This document shows positions 17,943 to 27,479 of a DNA stretch of 64,000 nt, one piece after another (the stretch's first letter is position 1; every line of letters begins with the position of its first letter). Made by a program: the position numbers and the translations under genes. Below the pieces are notes generated by a model. The model saw only the letters and a program-made list of their open reading frames with translations, ran no database searches and was not told the DNA's origin. Origin of the DNA: Dehalococcoidia bacterium (GTDB lineage Bacteria; Chloroflexota; Dehalococcoidia; Lucifugimonadales; UBA3495); assembly GCA_965115825.1 (NCBI GenBank), contig OZ220464.1, forward strand, positions 2,709,945 to 2,773,944, written 5' to 3'.

Positions 17943-19064
17943 ATGAAACCTAAGCTGCAAAAAATTACGGGGTCAGGGCCCCTGACCATAACGGTCCTCG
18001 CCGTTGCAGGCACCATGGCCCTCTTCGGCCGCCTCGCCCGGCCTAACCCCGGCCCCGGCAGCGCTCAGCAAGGCGCCTGCGCTGAGGGTGGAACCGGTTT
18101 TCAAACCACTTCCACTACCGGGGGCCGGATGGCCTTTACCGGCACGATTACCGTCAACCAGCGCAACCTGTCCGGGGCGGCGCTGATTACCGGCCTCACC
18201 AACGACCAATCCTACCAGGTGCAAGTGCGCGTCACCTGCGCCGACACCTTCGGCCCCTGGAGCACTTCCGCATCGGCAACCCCGGCAACTGCGACAGCCG
18301 CGGATGGACCGCTCGGCAGGGTTGGGAGTTTGAAGGCCGCACAAACCTGGTGGGCGCCTGGAACGGTAAATCCGGCGGGATGGGAGTACAGCGTGTACGC
18401 CGACGGTTCCGGGCGTTGGTTCGTCGAGCATCAGGTGGACGGCAGCGCGCCCATCCCCTCAACCAGCGCAGTTGAAGCCAAGTACAGCGACCTGGTGCGG
18501 CTGGGCGAGTACGAAGCGCCGGCGTCCATCATTATGGTTGACCCCGGTGAAGGGCAGCCCGGCGATGAAATCACGCTGTCGGCGGGGAAGATGCCGGTGC
18601 ACTCCCGCGTCAGCCGGATTGAAATCGGCGGGCGGGACGTAATGCCGGCGGGAACGCCCGGCACCGACCGCGATGGGGCGGTCACGGTGGAGGATATTGT
18701 TATCCCGGGCTTTGACCCCGGCGATTACAGTGTCCTGCTGGAGGTCAACAACACGGTGGCCATTGGCAACGTGGACATCCTTCCCGAAGGGATCATCGGC
18801 TCCGGCGCCCCGGCGTCTGAGGCGCTGGATGAGCTGGGCGACGACTTGCTGGACGTCTTCTATTTTGACGGGGTGAGCAAGGAGAGGCTGTTCTACGACC
18901 CGCGTCCGGAGTTCGCCGGCCTCAACACCCTGGATGAGCTGGTAGCTGGCGAAGCCTACTGGGTACCGGTGACGGAGGATGTTGAGGATGTGGCGCTGGG
19001 CGGCAAGAGCCGCAGCCTGACGTGCAGCGCCGGCGGCAACTGCCGGAACCTGATGGTATGGTAG
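17943..19064 (+). CDS. secreted/cell-surface protein with FN3-like and IPT/TIG-like beta-sandwich modules
   Basis: MKPKLQKITGSGPLTITVLAVAGTMALFG is a signal/anchor. An FN3-like block follows (ITGLTNDQSYQVQVRVTCADTFGPWS), then an IPT-like block (GDEITLSAGKMP...IEIGGRDV...DYSVLLEV). The start is uncertain because the track ORF begins at 17856. Confidence 0.6.
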   Translation: MKPKLQKITGSGPLTITVLAVAGTMALFGRLARPNPGPGSAQQGACAEGGTGFQTTSTTGGRMAFTGTITVNQRNLSGAALITGLTNDQSYQVQVRVTCADTFGPWSTSASATPATATAADGPLGRVGSLKAAQTWWAPGTVNPAGWEYSVYADGSGRWFVEHQVDGSAPIPSTSAVEAKYSDLVRLGEYEAPASIIMVDPGEGQPGDEITLSAGKMPVHSRVSRIEIGGRDVMPAGTPGTDRDGAVTVEDIVIPGFDPGDYSVLLEVNNTVAIGNVDILPEGIIGSGAPASEALDELGDDLLDVFYFDGVSKERLFYDPRPEFAGLNTLDELVAGEAYWVPVTEDVEDVALGGKSRSLTCSAGGNCRNLMVW

Positions 19065-19256
19065 GCGGGCAAGCCACGCTGATCCAATCATCGGAAAACG
19101 GACAAGGAAGCGCCCCTCCTTATTTAATGGGGGAGGGGACAAACAACCACCAAAAGAGCGGGAGTGAGCAACCGGAAGCCCATCGTTCCCATACTGTTCA
19201 CTCCGCTCGCCCATCTGGTAAAATATCCACCATCAAAAAAACAGGAGCAGATTGTC

Positions 19257-19940
19257 ATGAAGAGATACGCAACCATTGCAGCGGCGGCCCTGGTGGCCCT
19301 GCTGCTAGCTCTCCCCTTTGGCCTGGCCGCTGCCCAGGAGACAGAGACGCCCAGCGTCAACCTCCCGCCGGCCTTCATTTTCGGCACGGCCTCCGCTGAC
19401 GGCATCCCCGTCCCCGAAGGCACCATGGTAGTAGCCATGGCCGGCAAGGAGGAGTTCGCCACCACCGAGACTATGCCCGGCGGCAAGTTTGAGCTGACGC
19501 TTATGCAGCCCCCCGCCGGCGAAAACACCATAACCTTTATGGTAGGCCAGCGGATGGCCGATTACAGTTTTGAATGGATGTCCGGACACCGCGCGGTGGT
19601 TAACCTCGCCGCCGACCTGGATGCACCCGGCGGCAGCGGGCCCAGCGCGCCGGGAAACCCCGGTGAGCCGGGACCCCCGGGCGAGCCCGGTGAACCTGGA
19701 GCCGTAGGCCCGGTCGGGCCGGCGGGCCCTCCCGGTGAGCCGGGCCCGCCGGGTAGAGACGGAGCGCAAGGAGCGAAAGGCATAAACGGCCCGCCGGGCC
19801 CTCCTGGTGCGGCGGGAGCTGCCGGCCCAATGGGGCCCGCCGGGAGTTCGGGATCCATGGGCATCATCGCGCTGATAGTGGCCATCATCGCCGCCATCAT
19901 CGCAATAGCGGCCGTCGTAATGGGCCGCCGCACCGCCTAG
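19257..19940 (+). CDS. membrane-anchored bacterial collagen-like protein
   Basis: Signal peptide [27 protein letters not shown], then a beta-sandwich-like domain. 23 uninterrupted G-X-Y triplets follow ([19 protein letters not shown]...[10 protein letters not shown], ~19653-19859), then a C-terminal TM helix [23 protein letters not shown]. Confidence 0.85.
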   Translation: MKRYATIAAAALVALLLALPFGLAAAQETETPSVNLPPAFIFGTASADGIPVPEGTMVVAMAGKEEFATTETMPGGKFELTLMQPPAGENTITFMVGQRMADYSFEWMSGHRAVVNLAADLDAPGGSGPSAPGNPGEPGPPGEPGEPGAVGPVGPAGPPGEPGPPGRDGAQGAKGINGPPGPPGAAGAAGPMGPAGSSGSMGIIALIVAIIAAIIAIAAVVMGRRTA

Positions 19941-19975
19941 CCGCGGGTCTTACGCCAGGCAACCAACCTACTCGG

Positions 19976-20012
19976 GCAGGGGCGAGCCGAAAGGCTCGCC
20001 CCTGCTGTTCTT
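19976..20012 (+). terminator. rho-independent terminator
   Basis: GCAGGGGCGAGCC-GAAA-GGCTCGCCCCTGC followed by TGTTCTT, 36 nt after the collagen-like gene stop. Confidence 0.8.
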
Positions 20013-20207
20013 AAATCGGCCCCTGCCACACCACCTCCCAATGCCCTACACCGTCATTCCGGCGAAAGGTGGAACCTACCGGCCAGGGCCGCATCCTATA
20101 AGGCGCGCAGCCCAAGCACCCATAGATGACAGGGGAGGGTTTGCCTTGACATACGGCGGCCCCTGTAACAGAATAGCGGCATCCCTACCCTCGCACAGGA
20201 AAGCAGT

Positions 20208-21002
20208 ATGACCACAGTTCAGAGCGGTTCCCGCACTACGGTGAACGTCAACGGCGTCGCCGTGGAAATGTATTCCGGCGGCAATGGCCCTCCTCTGGTG
20301 TTCTTTCACGGCGCCGGCGGCTCCAACGGCTGGCAGCCCTGGCACCAGGACCTGGCCGCCGAGTACACCGTCTTCGTTCCCAGCCAGCCGGGCTTTAACG
20401 GCACCGAAGCCCCGGCTTGGGTGAAAACCATCACCGACGTGGCCCACTTCAACCATATGTTCATCGACGCTTTGGGATTACAAGACATCGTGCTTATGGG
20501 ATCCTCAATGGGCGGCTGGGTCTCCGCCGAAATGGCCGCCATGGGCGATCACAACATCGACGCACTTATTCTAGTGGACGCTGCCGGCATCAAGCCGCGG
20601 GAGAGCGAAATCGCCGAGGTCTTCATGGTCTCGGCCGCGACCCGCCTCAAGCAGCGCTTCTATGACCCGGACCAAGTCGAGAACTACGAACATTACACTC
20701 GCGAGCTGACCCCCGAGGAGCAGCTCGTAGTGCATTCCAACGCCATCATGGCCTCCCAGCTGTGCTGGAAGCCCTACCTCCACAACCCGAGCCTGCCCCA
20801 TACGCTTGCCCGCGTGGAAACGCCCACCTTAATAGTGTGGGGCAACCAGGACGCCATTATTCCTGTTGAGTGCGGCCACCTCTTTCAGCAGGCGATCCAG
20901 GGAAGCCAGCTCCGCATCATAGATAACTGCGGACACTCCCCGGCAGTGGAAAAGCGCGCCGAGTTCATCGCCGCCGTCACCGGGTTTCTGAACACCCTCT
21001 AG
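20208..21002 (+). CDS. alpha/beta-fold hydrolase (C-C bond / meta-cleavage-product hydrolase-like)
   Basis: PPLVFFHGAGGSNGW, nucleophile elbow MGSSMGGW, and C-terminal WGNQDAIIP...IIDNCGHSP. Confidence 0.85.
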   Translation: MTTVQSGSRTTVNVNGVAVEMYSGGNGPPLVFFHGAGGSNGWQPWHQDLAAEYTVFVPSQPGFNGTEAPAWVKTITDVAHFNHMFIDALGLQDIVLMGSSMGGWVSAEMAAMGDHNIDALILVDAAGIKPRESEIAEVFMVSAATRLKQRFYDPDQVENYEHYTRELTPEEQLVVHSNAIMASQLCWKPYLHNPSLPHTLARVETPTLIVWGNQDAIIPVECGHLFQQAIQGSQLRIIDNCGHSPAVEKRAEFIAAVTGFLNTL

Positions 21003-21069
21003 CCTCGCCGCTTCATTCCCGCCAGCCCGGCAAAGACGAGGCCGCCACCGCAAAAAAGGAGCAATCACT

Positions 21070-22221
21070 ATGGCGCACGAACTTGAAGTATTCTGGTTCT
21101 CGGAACAACCTTACGGCCATGTCACCGAAAGCGACCTGGAACCATACGAATCGGGGCGAATGCACTTCCCCAACACCTACTTTGACCCCGAGAAAGCCCA
21201 CGTCCTATACCGCAACTACCACGACCAGTACCAGCTGGCCGATGAAGTAGGCTTCGACGGCATCATGTCCAACGAGCATCACAGCTCCTACTGGTGCATG
21301 AAGCCGTCCGTGAATGTTGACGCCGCGGTCATCACCCAGCGCACCAAGCGAGCTAAAATCGCCATGCTGGGCAATGTCATCGCAGTCAACGACCCCGTGA
21401 AAATGGCCGAAGAAATCGCCATGCTGGACTGCATCAGCGGCGGGCGCATCATCTCCGGTTTCGTCCGCGGCACCGCCGTTGAAACCCTGCACGCCGGCTA
21501 CCCGCCCACCGAAAACCGCCCCCGTTTTGAGGAAGCCCACGACCTTATCGTCAAATGCTGGACGCAGCCCGGGCCTTTCCGCTGGGAAGGCGAATACTGG
21601 CCGCACCGCATGGTCAACCCCTGGGTGGTTCCCATTCAGAAGCCGCATCCACCCGTATGGTTCCCCGGCACGGGGAGTCCGGAGTCGGTAATCTGGGCCG
21701 CCAGGCATCGCTACCCGTATATGAACCTGGGGTCCCTGCTTGACCTCACTAAGCAGCTGAAGGGGATCTACCACGAAACCGCCGCTGAAGAAGGTTACGA
21801 AGCTGGGCCCGAACACTTCGGCTACCTTATTCGCTGCCTGGTCGCCGACACCGACGAAAAGGCTCAGGAGATTGGTCGAACGTTCCTGTGGACCGAAAAT
21901 CACCGCAACCGCGGCCCGATGGAGTTCAACGACCCGCCCGGCTACCAGTCCAGGGAAGCCCTGCGGATCAAAATGTCACGCCCTCTCATCGGCACCGGCA
22001 CCATGGGCCGGCGTATGACCTATGAAGATTTGCAAGCCGCCTACAACATTGTCGTGGGCAGCCCGGAAACCGTAACCGAAAAGCTGCGCCACATCCGCAA
22101 AGACCTGGAACCCGGCTACATCCTGATCTACGGCAACGAAGGGCATATGCCACACGAAGACGTCATGCGCTCCGTAGAGCTGCTGGGCACCAAAGTGATA
22201 CCGGCGCTGAAGGAAGGCTAG
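21070..22221 (+). CDS. LLM-class flavin-dependent oxidoreductase
   Basis: LADEVGFDGIMSNEHHSSYWCM.PS, MLDCISGGRIISGFVRG. It is paralogous to 49715-50938. Confidence 0.88.
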   Translation: MAHELEVFWFSEQPYGHVTESDLEPYESGRMHFPNTYFDPEKAHVLYRNYHDQYQLADEVGFDGIMSNEHHSSYWCMKPSVNVDAAVITQRTKRAKIAMLGNVIAVNDPVKMAEEIAMLDCISGGRIISGFVRGTAVETLHAGYPPTENRPRFEEAHDLIVKCWTQPGPFRWEGEYWPHRMVNPWVVPIQKPHPPVWFPGTGSPESVIWAARHRYPYMNLGSLLDLTKQLKGIYHETAAEEGYEAGPEHFGYLIRCLVADTDEKAQEIGRTFLWTENHRNRGPMEFNDPPGYQSREALRIKMSRPLIGTGTMGRRMTYEDLQAAYNIVVGSPETVTEKLRHIRKDLEPGYILIYGNEGHMPHEDVMRSVELLGTKVIPALKEG

Positions 22222-22245
22222 GCTTCGCTGTTGCTACCAGCGAAG

Positions 22246-22280
22246 AACCGGGGCTCGTTTCGGGCGGCCCCGGTTTTTTC
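22246..22280 (+). terminator. rho-independent terminator
   Basis: AACCGGGGC-(12 nt)-GCCCCGGTT followed by a T6 run directly after the LLM stop. Confidence 0.8.
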
Positions 22281-22301
22281 AAATTCTCCGGAGGCTGTCG
22301 A

Positions 22302-22598
22302 ATGGACGATGCCCAGTTGGAAAGAAGCTTGAGGAGTATTGGGAAGGGCTGCTTCGTTGAGTATTTTGATTACTTTGCTGACCGAAGCCTGTATGATCGC
22401 AACATAGTTGAAATGCTGATGCGCCATGAAGGCTACACGGAAAGCGGCAGTCGAACTCGTGTGAGCCAGGCGCGCAGGATTGTAAGAGCAGGACGGGCGG
22501 AAGATGCGCTCCGAAATGTAATCCAGTCGCAGCGTATCCCGGATTATGGGCGAGTTTCTGCCAGAGCTAGGGAATTACTGATCGATATAAGGCGTTGA
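22302..22598 (+). CDS. hypothetical protein (98 aa) in an AT-richer islet
   Basis: The ORF has a balanced amino-acid composition (MDDAQLERSLRSIGKGCFVEYFDYFADRSLYDRNIVEMLMRHEGY...). I recognise no family. Confidence 0.45.
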   Translation: MDDAQLERSLRSIGKGCFVEYFDYFADRSLYDRNIVEMLMRHEGYTESGSRTRVSQARRIVRAGRAEDALRNVIQSQRIPDYGRVSARARELLIDIRR

Positions 22599-22705
22599 AC
22601 CTGGATTGCACAGAATTTCCCTGACCGACGGCGGCGGAAAAGGAAAGGGCAACTACGGTTGCCCTTTGACACGAATTCGAGCTATCTCGACCGGCAAATG
22701 GCAAT

Positions 22706-23941
22706 TTACGGCGTTGTCCGGTCGTTCGGACGCTGTGGCGAGGCGTTGGGGTCGGGGAATTGGACTATGGTAACGCCCTGGGATGCTGCGAGTTCACGCT
22801 GTTGCGGGGCGACCGTCGGGGCGATGGCAACCGGGATATAATCTGTTTCCATAGCGACGCCCATGATTCCGGCGCGCTGGGCGGCGCGAGTAATATCGCT
22901 GTCAGCCAAGGTTTGCGACACCTCGGCAACGATAACGCGCTTCTGCCCGTCATCATCCTCCGCAATGACGATGATGTCAGTTTCAACGAGATCTATTATC
23001 TGCTCGCGGGAGATACGTCCGTCAATACGGGCTTGGCGCAGGATGCTGTCCAGTTCATTGGTCTGTGGCAAAATCCCGCTCTTCAGGACGTAGGCGCCTT
23101 CCAGCATCAGATAACGGTACACGATGCTGGAAATGTTCTTGTGCACGTCGCTTTCCAGTCGCCAGCCGTTGAGGTTGCCGAGTTGGCCTTCAATGCGGTT
23201 CAAACGGCGGTTGGTTGTGGCTTGTCCCGCTTTGAGTTCCGAAACATCGGCTTTGAGTTCCGAAACGTCGGCCTTTACCTCGACCATGTCGGCTTTGAGT
23301 TCCGAAACGTCGGCCTTAACCTCGACCATGTCGGCTTTGAGTTCCGAAACGTCGGCTTTAACCTCGACCATGTCGGCTTTGAGTTCCGAAACGTCGGCTT
23401 TAACCTCGACCATATCGGCTTTGAGTTCCGAAACGTCGGCTTTAACCTCGACCATGTCGGCTTTGAGTTCCGAAATGTCGGCTTTAACCTCGACCATGTC
23501 GGCTTTGAGTTCCGAAACGTCGGCTTTAACCTCGACCATGTCGGCTTTGAGTTCCGAAACGTCGGCTTTCAGTTCGACTATGTCGCCCTCCATGCGAGCT
23601 TGGCTTTCTCTTATTTCCTGTACGATTGCTTCCAGCCGGGCTTGGGCGGCCTTGAGTTCGGCGATGTCTAGCTCAAGGCGATCCTGGCGTTCAGCGGTGG
23701 TTGCGATAACCCGACTGCTGGCAAGCGCATAGCCTGAGATTTGCTCCGTGACGTTCCTGAGTGTTATCGCCAACTCGTCCAACCTTGCCAAGGACTGGGC
23801 AAGTTGGTCCCCTTGCTGGCGAACGATGGCCGGCAGTTGGCGGAGCTCTGCCCCCAGCACGTGGTTACGCATGGCCTCCTCGAGCTCAGGGTTCTGCTCC
23901 ATGGCCGATAGGATGTCAGAGAAGTCGTTGATGGTAGCCAT
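22706..23941 (-). CDS. coiled-coil protein with a 14-aa tandem repeat array and a C-terminal PD-(D/E)xK-like domain
   Basis: The N-terminus is coiled coil, followed by about 8 copies of ADVSELKADMVEVK. The C-terminal region ...IIDLVETDIIVIAEDDDGQKRVIVAEVSQTLADSDITRAAQRA resembles a restriction-endonuclease-fold core (E-x-D ... E-V-[K->S]). The nuclease fold is inferred. Confidence 0.6.
   Translation of the reverse strand: MATINDFSDILSAMEQNPELEEAMRNHVLGAELRQLPAIVRQQGDQLAQSLARLDELAITLRNVTEQISGYALASSRVIATTAERQDRLELDIAELKAAQARLEAIVQEIRESQARMEGDIVELKADVSELKADMVEVKADVSELKADMVEVKADISELKADMVEVKADVSELKADMVEVKADVSELKADMVEVKADVSELKADMVEVKADVSELKADMVEVKADVSELKADVSELKAGQATTNRRLNRIEGQLGNLNGWRLESDVHKNISSIVYRYLMLEGAYVLKSGILPQTNELDSILRQARIDGRISREQIIDLVETDIIVIAEDDDGQKRVIVAEVSQTLADSDITRAAQRAGIMGVAMETDYIPVAIAPTVAPQQRELAASQGVTIVQFPDPNASPQRPNDRTTP
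23229..23585. repeat. 8.5 near-identical tandem copies of a 42-bp unit (GCTTTGAGTTCCGAAACGTCGGCTTTAACCTCGACCATGTCG) inside the coiled-coil gene
   Basis: Unit boundaries were verified at 23250, 23292, 23334 ... 23544. There are only scattered single-base differences. Confidence 0.95.
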
Positions 23942-24048
23942 AGTACTTTGTTTCCGACGGCGTATGGTAGGGTTAATTTACCATACGCCGGCAGGCGCCG
24001 TCGCGCGCGACCGCGCTCAACTGCCGGCGAAACCCACTCCGTCGCGGC

Positions 24049-25353
24049 CTACTTCCCGTTCCGCCCTTGCGCACCATCCGGGTACAGGTCGTCCCACAGA
24101 GCGTCGCGCCAATCGACTCCTACCGGCAGGATGGCTTGGGCCGGACGCAGCATATAGTAGTTATCGCCGGCGCCGGGCGGGACGCCGCCCTCGGCTACCG
24201 TGCGTGTGGCCTGCAACAGCTGTCGGCGCGCGTACACGATGGCCATATCGGTGCGGCTCAGGTTCTCCCGCGAGCGGTCAACGATGTAGCCCATGCTCTC
24301 CTGCACCGCCACGTCCTGGGCGTTCACGCCGTCGATGCCGCTGAAAGTCTCTGTCTTCTGCACGGCCCGGTCAATCATCCAGTTGTTGCCTCGGTTAACC
24401 CTGGTGCGGAATCTGTCCATCATATGCTCGGGCCCGCGGCCATAGCTGCGGTCCATCTCCAGACGTTCCTCCGGTTCAATGGGGTCGTCGTAAGATAAAT
24501 CCCAGTTCCAGACCATCACGCTGTGGTCGTCCATCGGCACCCACATATGGCCGGACGCTAGGAAGCCCACCGGCCCTGGCTTGCCCCGATACCCCCGCTG
24601 GCTGGCTCGGATCTGGTGGAAGGGCATCACGAAGTGGTAGGCGCGCACATGGTTGCCCTCATCGCCCAGCGACCGTATGCCGGCGTAGCGATAGCCGTAG
24701 TCCGTAACGTCAACTTCCAGTTCCGGCGGACGGCCCTGCACGTGGGGAGTATCAATCCGCAGGCCGGCGTGAGTAGTCTCGGGCCGCAGCGTCCGGTGCA
24801 GGATGGTCGCGTGTGCCGAGTCGATGCCTCCCTCCAGGGCTTGGAGCCAGTTGCATTCCTGGATGTTCTTGGTCACGTGGCGGTGGGTCTCCGGGGCGGC
24901 GGCCCACTCGAACCGGGGCGGCGGCGGCAAATGCTCTTTCGGCCCCATGTAGGCCCAGATGACGCCGCCCAGTTCCACGGTCGGGTAGGCCGTGGTGGTC
25001 ATCTTGGACGGAAAGTCGCTGTCGGCCGGCTCGTTCATCATATCGGTGCACTGACCGTTGACGTCGAACTTCCAGCCGTGATAGACGCAACGCAGGCCGC
25101 ACTCCTCGTTGCGCCCCAGCCACAGAGAGGCCAGACGGTGAGGGCACAGCTCCTCCAGCAGCCCGATGCGTCCATCGGTGTCGCGGAAGGCTACGAGTTG
25201 CTCTCCCAGCAGCTTGACCCGCACGGGCGCGCCGTCGGGTTCAGCCAATTCCCAGGACAGCAGGGCCGGCATCCAGTAGCGGCGCAGCAGCTCGCCCATC
25301 GGAGAGCCGGGGCCTACCCGGGTCAGCGCGATGTTATCGGCCTGTGAAATCAT
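24049..25353 (-). CDS. Rieske [2Fe-2S] aromatic ring-hydroxylating oxygenase, alpha subunit
   Basis: CPHRLASLWLGRNEECGLRCVYHGWKF is the CxH...CxxH Rieske motif. The start is set at ATG 25353, preceded by AGGAGGTA. The 40 upstream codons of the track ORF are rejected. Confidence 0.9.
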   Translation of the reverse strand: MISQADNIALTRVGPGSPMGELLRRYWMPALLSWELAEPDGAPVRVKLLGEQLVAFRDTDGRIGLLEELCPHRLASLWLGRNEECGLRCVYHGWKFDVNGQCTDMMNEPADSDFPSKMTTTAYPTVELGGVIWAYMGPKEHLPPPPRFEWAAAPETHRHVTKNIQECNWLQALEGGIDSAHATILHRTLRPETTHAGLRIDTPHVQGRPPELEVDVTDYGYRYAGIRSLGDEGNHVRAYHFVMPFHQIRASQRGYRGKPGPVGFLASGHMWVPMDDHSVMVWNWDLSYDDPIEPEERLEMDRSYGRGPEHMMDRFRTRVNRGNNWMIDRAVQKTETFSGIDGVNAQDVAVQESMGYIVDRSRENLSRTDMAIVYARRQLLQATRTVAEGGVPPGAGDNYYMLRPAQAILPVGVDWRDALWDDLYPDGAQGRNGK

Positions 25354-25408
25354 AAGGCGTACCTCCTTTTGATGCGGTGGCAATACCAGTTGGCGGTCAG
25401 CGGCCGGT

Positions 25409-26395
25409 CTATTCCCAGGCGACGAAACCCATGCCGCAGCCGGTGCCAGCCGGCGAGCGATAGCAGGGCGCATAGTCCAATAGCCGGGCAGTCAAGTGTT
25501 CGGAGGCGCCGGCCGCCGCAATCCAGTTGCGTATTTCCGAATTGCCGGAGTTCAGCTTTTCCCGGGGCAGGTTGCACAGCGTATCGGCGTCCCGGTTGCG
25601 GAAGGCGTCAATAGATGTCATATCGAGGTCTTCATCCACCACAAAGTGGCTGAGGCCGCCGGATGCTATCACGCCCACCCGCAGGTCTTCGTCCCAGGAT
25701 TCCACCGCTCGACGCACCGCGCGCCCGAACTCGTAGCATCGCTGTGGCGTAACCTGGTTGGGAGGGTAGTAGGTGTTTATCATCAGCGGAACCGTGGGCG
25801 TCTGCCGGGGCGCCATTATCCGCTGGTACACGAACCCGAAGGCGTGGGCCATCCCGATGCCCTCCGGCAGGCGGCGGGTATGCGCCACGTCGAACTGCTC
25901 TTCCACCAGGGACTCGATAAGGTGCAGCGACAGGCGGCGCTGAACCGGGTAATCAATTTCCCGGTCGGCGGCCCAGCCCCAGGCGGATGCCTTGCGGCTG
26001 GCCGGCGCATTTGCCGGCACACGGGGAGGGACGTTCCGGATGGTCGCGCCCCAATATACGGCCAGGGCCGGCATATTGTCGTCGTGAAACTGCTCCTGCT
26101 GGTCGTTGCCCATGATGATAAGCGCGTCCAGGTTAGCCTCGGCAAAGGCGGAGGGCAGGCCGGCGATGCCCCGCTGGCAGGCTTCGTAACGAGCCGCAAA
26201 CTTCTCGGGCGTCAGCTCTCGCTCCATAGCCGAGTCGGTCATATCCAGCAGTTGCTCGTAGGTATAAACCTTGCCGTCAGGCGCGTGCAGGGCCGGATTG
26301 TTCATATCCCGTTTAGCGTGTTCCGGCCACAGCTCCGGCGGCGTACTCAGCTGCGGACTATGCGGCGTTCCCATTCCCGGTACGATATTCGCCAT
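25409..26395 (-). CDS. class III (LigB-type) extradiol ring-cleavage dioxygenase
   Basis: MGTPHSPQL, IIMGNDQQEQF..DNMPA and GGLSHFVVDEDLD resemble LigB/protocatechuate-4,5-dioxygenase-family blocks. Confidence 0.75.
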   Translation of the reverse strand: MANIVPGMGTPHSPQLSTPPELWPEHAKRDMNNPALHAPDGKVYTYEQLLDMTDSAMERELTPEKFAARYEACQRGIAGLPSAFAEANLDALIIMGNDQQEQFHDDNMPALAVYWGATIRNVPPRVPANAPASRKASAWGWAADREIDYPVQRRLSLHLIESLVEEQFDVAHTRRLPEGIGMAHAFGFVYQRIMAPRQTPTVPLMINTYYPPNQVTPQRCYEFGRAVRRAVESWDEDLRVGVIASGGLSHFVVDEDLDMTSIDAFRNRDADTLCNLPREKLNSGNSEIRNWIAAAGASEHLTARLLDYAPCYRSPAGTGCGMGFVAWE

Positions 26396-26545
26396 GATGT
26401 TGGCCTCCTCCGGGTAGTTCTGACGGCATTATACAAAAATCGCCCCCTCGTGTATTCTAGCGACCGGGCGTCGCGTAAGCCGGCGGGCGCGACGGGTTGG
26501 GAAAATGGGAGCGGCGGGCCAGGCGAACGAGAGTGAGCTTCCCTG

Positions 26546-27331
26546 GTGCAAATCGTTGATACGCACGTACACATTGGACGCGACCACTACGAGCCGGTAG
26601 AGATGCTGCTGGCGCAGATGGAGCTGAACGGCGTTGCCAAAGCGGCGTTGGTGCAGTCCACGGCAACGCTGGACAATTCATACGCGCTGGAATGCGTCCG
26701 GCGTTTCCCTGGCCGCTTCTCGGCAGTTTGCCGGGTTGACGTGAACGATCCGATGGCGCCGGACAGGCTGGCCGGCCTGCGCAACGCCGGCGCTGAGTCG
26801 CTGCGCATCCGCAACTTTCACCGCTCGCCAGGCAGCGACTCGCTGGCTCTGTGGCGCGCCGCCGCAGACCTGGATATGTCGGTCAGCGTGGGCGGCCCGG
26901 CCGACGTTTTCGCCTCCGCCGAGTTTGACGCTCTGCTATCCGCGCTGCCTAACCTGACGGTTATCATCGAGCATCTGGCCGGCATGGGCATCTACGCTGT
27001 TGGCGCTTCGGAAATGCCGCCGGAAGCAACATTCCGGCGGGCTTTGACTCTGGCGCGCCACCCCAACACGGTTATCAAGATTCACGGCATGGGTGAAATC
27101 AGCGCCCCGCCCTTTCCTTATCGCAAGACGCCGCCCTGGGTGCGAATGGCCTACAACGCCTTCGGCCCCGAGCGCATGATTTGGGGTTCCGACTGGCCGC
27201 GCTGCGCCAACCGGGAGGGTTACCGCAACTCCCTGCGCTACACGATGCGGCAGATGGAGGAATGGTGTCCGCCGCAAGATATGCGGAAAATCTTCGGCGG
27301 AACTGCGCTCAATCTCTGGCAATTCAGGTGA
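26546..27331 (+). CDS. amidohydrolase-2 family hydrolase (LigI/decarboxylase-like)
   Basis: MQIVDTHVHIG and C-terminal IWGSDWP are typical PF04909-type motifs. It is divergent from the ring-cleavage genes. Confidence 0.8.
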   Translation: MQIVDTHVHIGRDHYEPVEMLLAQMELNGVAKAALVQSTATLDNSYALECVRRFPGRFSAVCRVDVNDPMAPDRLAGLRNAGAESLRIRNFHRSPGSDSLALWRAAADLDMSVSVGGPADVFASAEFDALLSALPNLTVIIEHLAGMGIYAVGASEMPPEATFRRALTLARHPNTVIKIHGMGEISAPPFPYRKTPPWVRMAYNAFGPERMIWGSDWPRCANREGYRNSLRYTMRQMEEWCPPQDMRKIFGGTALNLWQFR

Positions 27332-27479
27332 ATTAATAGTGCGCCGTTCACGCAGCAGGGATTCCGCATAGTCTGTTCCAAAACCCGGCGCGAAGATCCG
27401 CAAGGCGTGGTACAATCGAAAGTGAAAAAATGGCGTGTTGCGCCACAAATCGCGCGACATCAACGGAGGATTGTCAAGA

